A stretch of DNA of 64,000 nt from Felis catus (lineage: Eukaryota), in contig NC_058368.1 of NCBI RefSeq assembly GCF_018350175.1, positions 48,176,001-48,240,000 on the forward strand. Reading direction: 5' to 3'. Numbering within the stretch: position 1 is the stretch's first letter; the number at the start of each line of letters is the position of its first letter. Under the pieces are notes generated by a model. The model worked only from the letters and a program-made list of their open reading frames with translations, did not search any database and had not been told where the DNA came from. A program made the position numbers and the translations under genes. Shown here one piece after another: positions 1 through 12,707 of the stretch.

Positions 1-1399
1 TCACGAACATTTAGATACTCGTGTGTGCTTATGAAAATTGTAATTATTTATGTGTGACTCAAGAAATTAAAGGCCAATGATTAGCCTGTATTTCAAAGGG
101 AAAAAATTTTCTGGCTGATCAGTTTGGGGAATCATTCATCTTTGAATCCTCAGTACCTAACACAGTTATTGGTGTCTAGGAGAATCTCAGAAAGTGCTTA
201 TGGAAACAAATATTGGTTTCCATCCAATGTATCCTCCTGGGGTCCCTAAGTACATAACTGAAAGGGTCTCAAATGACTGCATATTTCCACTTTTGCAACA
301 AATAACAAAATTTGCACATAAAAGATTAGCATGACTGAATTATTTCTTGGCATTTGAATAGCCATTTACAATTGCAAGCCACTTGGTAGTTTTCACAACT
401 GGCTATTCATCATAAAAACTGTATGGAAAAAGAATTTTTACAAATGTACTGATGGAAAATCCAAGGGGGGAAAAAGCATATAGATCCTCACAAGGGACAA
501 TTTTCTGCCTAGTTTAAGAAAATACTCAAAACCTAAAGGAAAATGATCTGTTATGACATTCTACAAACGTAGCTTCTCTAAGAAAGAACATGCAGAAATG
601 GTATGAACAGGAAAATAAATAATGAAGAAACCCCGAATGACCGAAAAATGTCTCTGGATTTTCCCAGTTCACTTGACTCTCCACATTTCTCCCAGTTCCC
701 CTGTAGACAACTAAAAAGGCACAGACTTAACAGCAAAGCCCAGTGCTGGATTACCCGGTTGACGTTGTTAGCACATGTTCGGAACAATAGCAAAGCACAA
801 GTACAAAAACTATGTTGGAAAGAATATTTCAAAAAGAACTTCAAAATAGACACCCAAGAATCAGAATTTTGGGCTATTATCTTTCTGTTATATTATAGTT
901 TAGGGATTAAAATCATTCTGAATTATATATAGCCGGGGGTAGTGGAGCTGCAGCACGGTATAGTATAAAACCTCTAAAAAGCCAACCTGGCCAGGACCCA
1001 GCTAAAAAGCCTGGCCATTGATTCCCTTCTAGAGTGTTTACTCAATATTTTGTGTTCGGGGCTGATAACCATACACATGAGCAAAAATGGATAGGCCACA
1101 TAGCCATAAAAAGAATAATCAAAATTGCCCCCCAATACTAATTGGATCCATATTGAACATTACACACAATTGTTAGAACACCATTTAAAAGTATTAAGCA
1201 TAGAGATGGTGCAAGATGTTGGTGGATTCCCAAAAGAGTCTTGCTCACAGTTATGCCCAGGACCATTTTTCGCCCTTAGCTCTGTCCTCTGCACCCTGTT
1301 ATCATGGGGCTGAGACTGGAGATTTGTAGGCCAGGGCTGATCCTGGGTTTCTCACTGGACCAGGATGGTCAGGAGGAGGAGGGAGAGCAGTGCAGAGTC

Positions 1400-1600
1400 A
1401 CAAGGAACAAAGGGCTTAGACTCTTGGTTCTTTAACTTCTTACCTGCATCATCCTGGGCGAGTTTCTTAAAGTCCCTGACTATACAGAGACAATAACCCC
1501 AAGCTCATAGAATACGGGGAAGATCAAAGAGAGACCTAGAAAATATGTGAACGCTGACCTCATACAGTAAGCGGGTATTCAAAAAATGATGGTTGCTGTC
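1400..1600 (+). mobile_element. MIR SINE, degenerate
   Basis: MIR core-like 'cctgggcgagtttcttaaagtccctga' and 3' 'catacagtaagcgggtattc'; boundaries approximate. Confidence 0.55.
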
Positions 1601-2443
1601 ACACAGCTTCTTCTATGATTATATGGTACCTAGACAAGAAAACACTCATTTATTCCACCAATATTTATTGTGCACATACTAACAGATAAGCACTGAAGTG
1701 CTGAATTGGGCTGTAGACTCTTCCTCACGTGGGGGAAAAGGTACTAATTACCTTTCCCTACAACCTTATGGAAACTGGAATTGAGGAAAACACATGGAAT
1801 GTCATAGAAAATTGCTCTCAGCTGCTTTACAGGGTGAGCCAGATATTCCTGTTTCTACAACACGATTATCAAAAATCACAGCATCTGTAAAGTTGATGAA
1901 CCCAACACCAGGCAGAGTTAAAATAGGTATTTTTGTTTTGTGCAGTTTTCTTATTTTCATTGGTGCCTTGACTCTGGTCATTTAGATGCTAAAGAGTCAT
2001 TTCAATGCTAAAGGCACCCCCCCACCAACTGTTGCCTGAATCTTAGCTCCAAACAAAATTGACTGGCTAAGGAAGGGAAAGCAAAGCAGTTCCTGCTCCT
2101 TCCCAATGGCAGAGAAAAGTCTACAAAGTTTTTTGTCCCCCTCCTCTGTCCCCATTATGAGATAATTCTACTCCCAAGAGAAATAATCTAGTGCAAATCA
2201 AAAAGTATATATTCCTACCCTTAATACATCCAGAAACTCGATCTGTTAACAATTTTTTAAGGTTTATAATCCAATGCCAGAAGAAACGATAGACTGTCAA
2301 CTATTACAAGCTTAGCGTGTGAATCTGTTTATTTCATCACTTTCTCCATAATTCCTTTAGCCAACAGCAGAGGGAATGCATTTTGCCGGGGATGACAACC
2401 TTTAATTCTCCTATAAGGAGCCCAAAAGCTCTAGTTACCTCAG

Positions 2444-2914
2444 TGTGGCAGACAGAGTAGCCCTTAAAAGATGGTCCTGGTCCTCAGAACTTGTGAACAT
2501 GTTACCTTACATGGCAAAAGTGATTTTGCAGATGTGATTAAGGTAAGACTTTTGAGAAGGGGAGATTATCCTGGACTATGCAGGTGAGCCAATGTAATCA
2601 TACCAGTTCTTTAAAAACAGAGAACCTTCAAGAAAGACATGTGACAACCAACTCGGGGTCAGAGAGATGCTACATCGACCTTGAAGAAGGAGGAATCAAG
2701 GAATGTGTGGGGCCTGTAGAAGCCAGAAAGGCCAATACATTGATTTTCTCCTAGAATCTCCAGAAGGGTTATAGCTATGTTGATGCCTTGATATCACCTC
2801 AGTGAGACCCATGCTGGAATTTTGTGTTACAGAACTACAAAGTAATAAATTCGTACTGTCTTAAGCCACTAAATTTGTGGTAAGTTGTTACAGCACCAGC
2901 AGAAAATTAAGGTG
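2444..2914 (+). mobile_element. MaLR solo LTR (MLT1D-like)
   Basis: Starts TGTGG; 'ttttgcagatgtgattaagg', 'gggagattatcctgga'; 3' 'aataaattcgtactgtcttaagccactaaatttgtggtaagttgttacagca'. Confidence 0.85.
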
Positions 2915-4629
2915 CAGGGGAACACGGAAGTGAGGACTCTAGGCAAGCAGGGAGGAAGAAGAGGGGGTGGTTAAGGTAGAACAGTGGGAAGGTCACTTTA
3001 GTCAATCCCCTCCCTTGATTCAGAGACTATCCAGTATGAGCACCACGCTGGCTGACTATGGACAAAAACCAGAAGCTGGGTATTGAAATGTAACAAGTCA
3101 TTGTACACACGTTTGCTCACTTTAAGAGAACTTGATTCTCCACTGTGGGGCAATTCTTCTCTAAAGATTTCTTTCCTTGTTTATCACTGTTGCTGTTTAT
3201 TGTTTTCCTAGAGTTTGTCATGAGGTGTCACCATTTTGTTCCTTTTCCAGATTACTTGTGTCATAATTGATTTTGTATTTGAATGTAAGCTTCCTCACTG
3301 CACATTCGACTGCAAGCTCCAAGAACAGGAGGACTACATGTGTCTATTCATCATTGTGTTTGCATTGCTCATTCACTGGTGAATGAAGGGGGGCGTTTCC
3401 ATCTGTCTTCTGAGGCTGTTGTCCTATCCAGACCTCTTCCTTCCCCTTAGCCCACGGTCTCTCATGGGATTCTAAGGAAGTTAGTCATGAATAAAGAAGG
3501 AAGTTTGTCCTTCAGTATTTCATGGTCAAGGACTTGATTTATTTGCAGCAGCTAAATCCTTTATTAAAGTGCATTTTGTTTTGTTCTTTGGGGTTAACCT
3601 TAATTTTCAGATATGTAAGCCGTTGAGTGTTAACTTTTAACGTGATCATGGAACAATTTTGAGAATGAAAACACTAAAATAGCCACCATACAACAAGAAA
3701 ATATCTGGTTTCATTCACTGAACCAACTTGACACACAAAGTCCTTGAAAGTTATGAGGAAATTGATCTAAGGGGAGCCAAAAAAAGAAGATTGGACTAGC
3801 CAAAGGTCATATATAAAAAGACTAGGTGGAGCTAGAAAAAAATATCCAGGACTCGTGATTTTCAGTTTAGAATTTTTGAGGTTTTTTTTCTTATTTTCCT
3901 TAAGCACCATCTTTCCCCAGAAGGCCCATCTGAAAGTGGGTGGGACCCCGACAAATCTGGGTGGTTGTTTTTTTTCAACACTTCTCCCCACTCCTCCAAA
4001 AAATGTGTTTATGCTGGTGAAGTCAGGTGACTTATGAGCCTCAGTTCTTAGAAGCACCAATTGGCTAGGATGCAGAGATGGGAAGGAGCCCCTATCTCAC
4101 TTGGTACTTCCCTCAGCCAGCCTGAAGCACATGCCATAAGTCCCTCACAACCTTGCCCTAGAGACCCATGTTTGGCCCTTTAAAAGATGCCCAAGACAGA
4201 CCCAGCCACAGGAATTAAGGGTATTTGTTGCTCTGTTCTTTTCCATCTCTCCTCCCCATTTCCTGCCTGTCTTCTTGTTGGCATCTCATGTTTGCCCTCA
4301 GACTATAGTTCTTTCTGGTACCTCCCCTACTTCAGCTCTTGGCCTTTCTCTATTCTAATGTGCAGAGACTGATTCTGGCCTTGCTGCACTACTCCACCTC
4401 TGGCTTCTCAGACAGGACTTGATATTCATCCCTGGCTTCTCAGCCAAGGAGCAGCCTGCTCCAAGTTTCAGTCCTATTAACTTAGCATGTGACAGGCTCA
4501 CTAGGCTAGGGACATCTCTCTGTTTCATTATTTTTCTTTGTTTTTTCTTTTTCACTTCCTCTGATAATCACTGGGTGAGGTACTCATGATAGAATTCTCT
4601 TTTCTTTCCTTTTAAAAACGCTTTCTCCT

Positions 4630-4970
4630 TACAGAGAGACAGTAGAATGGTGGTTATCAGGGGCTAGAGACAGGGGGCAGAAAGGTAAGCTGCTGTTTAA
4701 CAGGTATAAAGTTTCAGATTTGCAAGAAGTAAAAATTCTGGAGGTCTGGTCTCAACAATGTGAATATAACACCAGTGAACAGTACACTTTAAAAATGATT
4801 AAAATGGGGGCACCAGGCTGGCTCAGTCAGAGAGCATGTGACTCTTGATCGTGGGGTTGTAAGTTTGAAACCCATGTTCGGTGTACAGATTGCTAAAAAA
4901 AAAAATTAAACATACAAAATTGAAAATGGTAAATTTTATGTTATGTTGTTTTGGTCACAATTTTTTTAAA
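4630..4970 (+). mobile_element. Old L1 (L1MB-like) 3' UTR fragment, interrupted by a SINE
   Basis: 'agtagaatggtggttatcagggg', 'gtacactttaaaaatgattaaaatgg...taaattttatgttatg'. Confidence 0.75.
4806..4915 (+). mobile_element. Short-type CAN-SINE (no CT tract)
   Basis: 'ggggcaccaggctggctcagtc...gactcttgatc' tRNA-like head followed by A tail. Confidence 0.8.
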
Positions 4971-5084
4971 AGACGGGAATTTAAAAAAAATGTTTTTCTC
5001 CTAAGCTCTGTTCTTTATGCTTTTAAAGGGTATCGAATTAGGCCCTAAATGTAACCAAACGTTAATTCACCTGAATGCTTTTCT

Positions 5085-5297
5085 TTTAAAATATTTTTAT
5101 TTATTTACTTTGTGAGAGAGAGAAAGAGAGTGTATGTGAGCAGGGGGAGGGGCAGAGAGACAGGAAGAGAGAGAGAGAATCCCATGTACTGTCAGCGTAG
5201 AGCCTAATGCGGGGCTCAAACCCACGAACTATGAGATCATGACCTGAGCCAAAATCAAGAGTCAGACGCTCAACTGACTGAGCCACCCAGGCGCCCC
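5085..5297 (-). mobile_element. CAN-SINE
   Basis: Ends 'tgagccacccaggcgcccc'; (GA)n tract; TSD tgaat(g/t)ctttt. Confidence 0.95.
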
Positions 5298-5505
5298 TGA
5301 ATTCTTTTAGAAATAGAATCTTTTAGAAATAGGACCCAACTCTGGGTTTGCCCAAATCATTATTTCTTACTTCACAGACCTGATCCCAACAATATGGAAA
5401 TACACATTCCATGAATAATAGTTGAGCACCAACTATTTGCTAAGCACCGGCAGAAATTCAAAGATGAATTTCACATAAACCATTGTTTACTAAAATTTAT
5501 ATAAC

Positions 5506-5507
<2 letters not shown>

Positions 5508-5535
<28 letters not shown>
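5508..5535. repeat. (TAA)n microsatellite
   Basis: Direct reading. Confidence 0.9.
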
Positions 5536-5538
<3 letters not shown>

Positions 5539-5939
5539 CTGCCATTTATTACTCTGTGTCAGAAACTATGCCATGTCGTTTATACACATTATCTCTTTTA
5601 TTCTTTTAACAACCTAATAAAGTAGGTAATTTTTATCTGGTTCTATAGTCTTTTAGTGGATTTGACATATAACCACTTGGAAAGCCAAAATAGGATTACG
5701 ATCTATTGAAAATGGAATTAATATATATTTATGTCTGTGTGCCAAGCAGAGTACTGAAGAATCTTACACATGACATTTAATCTCCATTTTACAGATAAGA
5801 AAATTGAGGATCAGCCATGTCAAGAGAATTGCCAAAGGCCACTTAGCTAATAAGACACAGAGACTTATTTAAAGCAGGCATGTGGCTGATCCCCAAGGCT
5901 GCATGCATTTTATCATCACACCGTGTGGTCTTCCTGTAT

Positions 5940-6350
5940 CGCAGTAATGCAAGTTAGGAAGTGGTTAAATGTGTTAGGAACTCTGTATGAATTGAGATAA
6001 GCAAGGAAAAAAATAGAGATTTACCTCTAGCTGGAGTTGGTAAGTGAAAAAAGTACCTTAAGAAGGGGGAACGACGTAAGCACAGATACAAAAGGAGGAA
6101 TGCGGAGTTTGTACTTGGTAAAGGCACAGTAGAGTTCTGGAATCTTCTAGGCAAGAAGTAGAGCAATAGGAGATCGGACCAGGAAGCCACACATAGGCCT
6201 GGGCCACCAGGTCCCAAATGTCAGTCTGAAGGGGTATGGGCTTCATTACCTATGGGGTGTACAACCATAAAGATTTTTTGAGCAGAGAAACTACAGGACC
6301 GAAAGTTGTGCTTTGGATATATTCACATAGCAAAAGTACATGAAATGAAC
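5940..6350 (-). mobile_element. L2 LINE fragment
   Basis: 'accataaagatttttgagcagagaaactacaggacc' resembles the L2 antisense consensus; highly diverged. Confidence 0.5.
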
Positions 6351-6964
6351 TGAGGAAAGTTTAGGAAAATAAAAAAAACAAAAACAAAGCTAAGCCCAGT
6401 TTCTCTTTCCTTAATTCTATCTCTTTTCATGTTAACATTGGCCTTGACACTGTGAACATGTCCCTAACATGTTGAAATTGAGGATTCAATAGTGTATTTG
6501 CCTAAAGCTACTTGTTTTTAAATGAATTAAATATGATTTTCTTTAAACTTTCCCTTCAAAGTCTGTAGGTTTAAAACATAATTTGAAGTTCATTTTCCAA
6601 GGAAGAATCCAATTTGGCTTTTGTTGTTTCTGGTCGGATATTATATGATTTTATTTTTTTATTGCAAGCCTTTGGAATGGTTCACAGATGTTGCTGCTAA
6701 AATAGATTCTCCTGGAACTATTTACTTTGAGAGAATCTCTGTTACCATGGATTAAATTAATAGGAGATCTTGTTTAAAATTCAAGGCTGTGCTCAAATTT
6801 AGGAAATAATAGTATTTCCTTAAATGTATATAAGGCCATCACGGAGACAAGTAACACGTGGAACACTCCTATAACTCCACACCATTGCAATTATGGTTGA
6901 GTTACTTTGTATTCAAATTAAAGACCATCTCTCTCAAGGAGAGAGATCAACCAGGTTAATGTTT

Positions 6965-7172
6965 GTTTGTTTTTAAGTTTATTTATTTTGAGAGAGAGAG
7001 AGCACTCAGCAGGTGAGGAGCAGAGAGAAGGAGAGACAGAATCCCAAGCAGGCTCTGTGCCATCAGCTCAGAGCCCGATGCGGGGCTTGAACCCACGAAC
7101 CACAAGATCATGACCTGAGCCAAGAAAGATCAAGAGTTGAACACTTATCCGACTGAACCACCCAGGCACCCC
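6965..7172 (-). mobile_element. CAN-SINE
   Basis: Full head and tail; perfect TSD aaccaggttaatgttt at 6949-6964 and 7173-7188. Confidence 0.95.
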
Positions 7173-7665
7173 AACCAGGTTAATGTTTTTATGAATTCAT
7201 AAACTCATGCTCCTACTTGGTCAGTTGTACTGAAAGAATATGGTTATTAGAAGAATATCTATGGCTTAAATTTTATGAGGAATATACTAAAATTAAATAG
7301 ACCATTCACCATTAGAAATAATTTAACAAAATACTATCACATTTAAATATCAACTAAATTTCAGCTGACTCGTGCACAAGTTGACATTGCATGTGACCAG
7401 CACCCAAGATATCTCCCTTAGTCTTACTCTCTTTCACTCTTCCCCTTAATGAGCTCAGCTGTTGTCACTAACTCATGTCTTCATTGTCACCTGCGTATGA
7501 GGGATTTGCAGGTCTACATCTCCAATTCTTACCTATCTATCTCTCAAGACCCAAATCTACAATATTCTATTATGTATCTCCCTATCAGGCATCTGATACT
7601 CAATATGTCCAAACCACATTTACCATTTTATCCACAATCTGATATACAAGGTAGGACCTCCACAT

Positions 7666-7950
7666 CAGTATTTGCTAGATTGTGTTCCAGAAACACTAAT
7701 CCCCAAAAAGCTTAAATTAAAAAAGAGATTTATGGTCAAATAAATTTTATAAATTCTACATACTTTATCATACTTTCTTAGAGGTTCTCTATGAAAATTA
7801 AAGTTCTAAAGGAACTTAGTTCTCCCTCAGTAGAAAACATGGTTATTTTGTTTATCTCAGTATTTTATTTGATGTTGGACATCTTTCATGCATAACACCT
7901 ATTAACATTCTGAGAAACTAGAGTTTACAGAAGATACGTGGAGAACAGCC
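7666..7950 (+). mobile_element. hAT-Charlie MITE (MER103C-like)
   Basis: 'tgtgttccagaaacacta', 'tggtcaaataaattt', 'taacacctattaacatt'. Confidence 0.65.
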
Positions 7951-8029
7951 AAACAGTAGATCATTTTTCACTTCTATCCCTTAATCACTATGCAAAATTC
8001 ATCACCTCCTTGTGTAGTTATATCTGCGG

Positions 8030-8240
8030 TGTATCTAGAGCCAGAATCTGCCTCAGTCTCCTTCCTGACTTCATCACTTACCAGTTGTGAGATCAGGGCA
8101 AATTACTTAATCTCTTCATTCAGTTTCCAAGTTTTTAAAATGGTTGAGCCTTCTTAAATTAAAGGATTGTGAGGATTAAATTAATGCATGCAATGCACTT
8201 AGAATATGGAACATAGTAAATGCTCAACAAATGCTCGCTT
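8030..8240 (+). mobile_element. MIR SINE
   Basis: 'cacttaccagttgtgagatcagggcaaattacttaatctc', 'catagtaaatgctcaacaaatg'. Confidence 0.8.
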
Positions 8241-8242
8241 TT

Positions 8243-8357
8243 TAAAAAAAGTTTTATTTATTTATATATTTGGTAATCTCTACACCCAACATTGGGCTTG
8301 AACTCATGACCCTGTGATCAAGAGTCACACGCTTTCCTGACAGCCAGCCAGGCATCC
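8243..8357 (-). mobile_element. Short-type CAN-SINE
   Basis: 'gggcttgaactcatgaccctgtgatcaagagtc...agccaggcatccc'; degenerate TSD caaatgctcgcttttt/caaatattcacttttt. Confidence 0.85.
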
Positions 8358-11300
8358 CAGCAAATATTCACTTTTTAAATTATTAGTGTTACCTCTAAAA
8401 TGTCTCAAATATTTGCTGTTTTCCACTGCCTTTGACACTTCCATGGTGTAGGTACTCATCATTTCTTTCCTGGGCCACATAATAATAATAGCAATTTACA
8501 CTTAATTTGGCCCTTTATACATTTCCTTGATGTTTTCATGTACATTACCCAATTGATAAATACTTCATTTACTCTGTTTACACACCCTCTATCTTGCAAT
8601 CCATCCACCACACTGCCATTTAATTCTTTTTAAAGCACAAATCTAATGATGTCGTTCTTATGCTCAAGGACATTTAATGACCCTCTGAATTCTGTGTAAT
8701 AAAGGAAAGTAACAGCTACTCATCAAAGTGGACACACCCTTGCCTTCACACTCACCATTACAGAATTTTATAATCTAGCCACACTGCACTACTCCTCAAG
8801 TTTAAAATATACTATGGGCTTTCAGATCACTTGACTTGGCTGGTACAATTTTTTGTTTTTCCTTGAATACACTTCCTTCCTTCTTTCACTTATTAACAAC
8901 CTTACTCATTCTTTAAAGGCCACCTCAAATTATGTTCCATTTCACACAATTAATTATACAAAGACTATCTTCCACATTAAATTGTGAGCGGAACAAGAGG
9001 TGTTGTCCGAATCATTCTTTTGTACTTTACAAATCAAACATGATGACTTATATGTAGTAGGTGTTCGTATAGATTATTTATTGACTAAATTTGCCTACAT
9101 AGAGGGCTTCTTACTACTCATTAGTGTATACCACACCTTAAACAAATATTATACTTAAAAAAGTCAATTGGCTGATAATTCTCTCCTTGCCAAAAGTTTC
9201 TATTCTTTATAAAAGAACTCACAGTAGGATTCCTTCAATAGGGAAGTGAGCCAGTATGTTTCAATAAAAACACAATCGCATGGAATTTTGTAAAACACGC
9301 CTACAACATGCACCTGTATCCACCAGCCATCCCAGGATTATTACTTCTTGGGATAATACCATGTTTTTGTTGGGATTCTCTTGGAGTAAATATAAAGGCC
9401 AATTAATATACCAGCCTTATAATAATAATATCATATCTTCATTTTTCCGATGGAGACTTCCTGGTTGGCTCTCAGAGAGGTGATCTAATCTATGGTCTCA
9501 CTTGCTAATCTAAGTTCACTTTCAGGTCAGATGTACTCAGCTTGTTTCTGATTCAGTGACCTCATCTCCTTTAAGGGACCTACTCTTCCTTCAAAGCCTG
9601 CCATTGGAAAATCACACTGGAGACTTACCTACTACAGAGGCAAATTTTCCAAATCTGAAGCACACAATTCCCTACTGTGCATTGCTCTCAATACCTCCTT
9701 CCCAGGCTATTGCTTAGAAATACTGGCTAGAAGTGGGAGGAGTAACACTTTTATACCTCCCATTCTACAAGTGTATTTAGTTTCCCAAAGAAGTTTAAAT
9801 GCTTATGCTTGGAAAGCATATTTTCAATATTTTTTCTTGCTCTATGACTGCCAAAGGACTCATATCAGGTTTAAGTAGGAGATATCTCTGTGGCATGAAG
9901 AAGTTTGGGGTCAGTGTTGTGTGTCACATTCTCTTTGTTCATCCTAATATTTACTGATTCACACCTACTACACACAATCGAATGCTCTGGACCCCTTAGC
10001 CATTACTGCTTCCCATGACTTGGATTGTTTGATTCCATTTTGTCGGTTAATGATAAACTATTATCTATGCCTGCTACACCTCTGCCAAGAGCTTTTATCC
10101 AGAAATTACTTTATAGTTATTATCTAATCTTTATAAAACCATGGAGGAAGTTTTCCCATCTAACAGACGGTAAATGATTAAGGAGAAGATAATTAAAGAG
10201 CCTGCTCAAGGTGACATGGTAATTTAGTGATGGAATAGTACTGAGTGTTCCCAATGTTCACTTTCTATAGTTCAAGTGGTAAACCTCCTAATATTATCTG
10301 AGTTGGGGTTTATTTACAGTTGCCTTACTTTTCTTACAAATCATTGAATAGCAAAGAAAAATGAGAGATGCATATGCATGTGTAGAATAGCATTAAAAGT
10401 GCCCTACAGAGAGTTATGGACTGATTGTTTTATTGTTCACCAACTCTGACTAGTATTTGCATATTTTTTTAAACAATTGCTTTGTATAAAAGTGATTATG
10501 ACCATAGGTATAATTAAGTACATAAAACTATTAAGACTTTCCTTGGAAATTTTGCAAACAACCAAAATAATTTTGAAGGGTATATTTTACTTTTTTAAAT
10601 TAAAAAAAATAGTCTTTCCTAGAATATGTTTGTATTCATTAATTCATCGGTACACTCTACCTGTTGTTAACAATTATAATATCATTGAGTAGCAATTGGA
10701 TGGAAAAAATGACAAAAGAAGTACTCAATCTAGGGGGTATTTTCAAAATTCTGATAGCTATTAATTATCTCAATAACTTTGTGCATAAGTAGAAAGTGCA
10801 TAATTAGCAAGTGCTAAGTGTTTACACTTTTATTTCAAATTTCATTTTATCAAGTTGAACATGCTCCTTTGTTTCTAGAAGTTTAAAAAGCTTAAAGTCA
10901 TCTTGCATTTTATAGTTCATAGAAAATAAATTCTATCCCATTTTGCAAGTAATCATAAATTTTAAACACAGGACTAGATAGTGGAGTGGAAGTAAACCAA
11001 AATGTAAGTCCCACAACAGAATGTCACCACATAAATAAAGTTAACTGTCCCTGATGGACTGTCAATATTTTAAAAAGTGCCTAGAATATAGTAGGTGCTC
11101 AATAAATATTTGTTGTATAAATACGTAATTCTCTGTGGAGGGAGAGAGGGATGGAAAGATGAATATGATGTGCTCTTTAGGGTGTCTGAAGAGCATTTGG
11201 AGAGTGTTCTACTAGTGATATTTAGAAGCAAATCAATTTTCAAAATAAATACTTCATTCCATATTTTTTCAAACCAACTCAGTTTTGTATGTATGCAATT

Positions 11301-11513
11301 ATCTTATAAATAATGTGTATGATTTTAGTTTAGTTTTGAGACACTCTTATATAAAACATACCTAGCGAAGATAGGAAAATTTTAAGTCTTTTCAGATGCA
11401 TTCCCATACTCTGTAAATCGTGTTGCTCTGCTGTTTCCCACCCATTGTGGCAGGCTGCTTTAGTGCAAGCACTCAGCTTTGAGTGGCAAAGCACATTTAA
11501 GAAGAAAAAATCT

Positions 11514-11752
11514 TTGGGAGTGCAAGCTGGTGCAGCCACTCTGGAAAACAGTATGGAGGTTCCTCAAAAAACTAAAAATAGAACTACCCTACGACCCAGC
11601 AATTGCACTACTAGGCATTTATCCAAGGGATACAGGTGTGCTGTTTCAAAGGGACACATGCACCCCCATGTTTATAGCAGCACTATCAACAATAGCCAAA
11701 GTATGGAAAGAGCCCAAAAGTCCATCCATGGATGAATGGATAAAGAAGATGT

Positions 11753-11802
<50 letters not shown>

Positions 11803-12190
11803 GGAGTATTACTCGGCAATCAAAAAGAATGAAATCTTGCCATTTGCAACTACGTGGATGGAACTGGAGGGTATTATGCTAAGTGAAATTAGTCAGTCAG
11901 AGAAAGACAAAAATCATATGACTTCACTCATATGAGGACTTTAAGATACAGAACAGATGAACATAAGGGAAGGGAAATAAACATAATATAAAAACAGGGA
12001 GGGGGACAAAACAGAAGAGACTCATAAATATGGAGAACAAACTGAGGGTTGCTGGAGGGGTTGTGGGAGGGGAGATGGGCTAAATGGGTCAGGGGCACTA
12101 AGGAATCTGTTCCTGAAATCATTGTTGCACTATATGCTAATTTGGATGTAAATTTTTAAAAAATAAAAAAATAAAACAAGTTAAAAAAAT
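11514..12190 (+). mobile_element. L1 3' fragment (carnivore/felid), 5'-truncated, with internal (TA)n
   Basis: ORF2 C-terminal peptide [37 protein letters not shown]; 3' UTR and A-rich tail. Confidence 0.95.
11755..11800. repeat. (TA)23 microsatellite inside L1 ORF2 end
   Basis: Direct reading; explains the YIYIYI translation. Confidence 0.95.
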
Positions 12191-12199
12191 AGCATTCAG

Positions 12200-12470
12200 C
12201 AATAGAGAAAGACAGAAACAAATATCTCCTATATGACTTCATTTATATGAAGTTCAAAAACTGCCAAAACACCCAGTATAAAAAGACAAGCTAGAGATCC
12301 TTTTGGGGAGGAGAGGTAGATAGTGACTGGAGGGATCACTAACAGCAGTTTGTGGAATGCTAGCCAAGATGGCAGTTACATATATGTTAATGATCATTCA
12401 TTGAGCTGTACATTTATGTTTCCACGCTTTAACACTCATAAATATTTGTGTTATACATTATAATAAAATG
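12200..12470 (+). mobile_element. Ancient L1 (L1MC/L1ME-like) 3' UTR
   Basis: 'tatgacttcatttatatgaagttcaaaaac', 'attcattgagctgtacattta', ending aataaaa. Confidence 0.7.
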
Positions 12471-12477
12471 ATTTTTT

Positions 12478-12693
12478 TAAATTTTTTTTTCAACGTTTAT
12501 TTATTTTTGGGACAGAGAGAGACAGAGCATGAATGGGGGAGGGGCAGAGAGAGAGGGAGACACAGAATCGGAAACAGGCTCCAGGCTCTGAGCCATCAGC
12601 CCAGAGCCTGACGCGGGGCTCGAACTCCTGGACCGCGAGATCGTGACCTGGCTGAAGTCGGACGCTTAACCGACTGCGCCACCCAGGCGCCCC
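12478..12693 (-). mobile_element. Young felid SINE (SINEC_Fc-like)
   Basis: CpG-rich, near consensus ('gacgcttaaccgactgcgccacccaggcgcccc'); TSD taaaatgatttttt at 12464-12477 and 12694-12707. Confidence 0.97.
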
Positions 12694-12707
12694 TAAAATG
12701 ATTTTTT

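Larger units (their letters stand above)
7400..9090 (+). mobile_element. L2 LINE 3' region, interrupted by MER103-like, MIR and SINE insertions
   Basis: 'catctgatactcaatatgtccaaacc', 'aaagcacaaatctaatgatgtc'; 3' end 'tatgtagtaggtgttc...ttattgactaaat'. Confidence 0.65.

Noticed and set aside
578..932. Overlapping 91-aa and 109-aa ORFs, and a minus-strand acceptor-like 'ttgtctacag' at about 700
   Set aside because: No recognisable protein in any frame and no convincing donor; the ELGEMW resemblance to an HMG box ends at a stop a few codons later.
1794..1985. 63-aa ORF with hydrophobic C-terminus
   Set aside because: The hydrophobic run comes from T-rich sequence; no homology or gene structure.
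3990..4512. Possible ancient LTR
   Set aside because: LTR-like appearance only; I cannot assign a family or boundaries.
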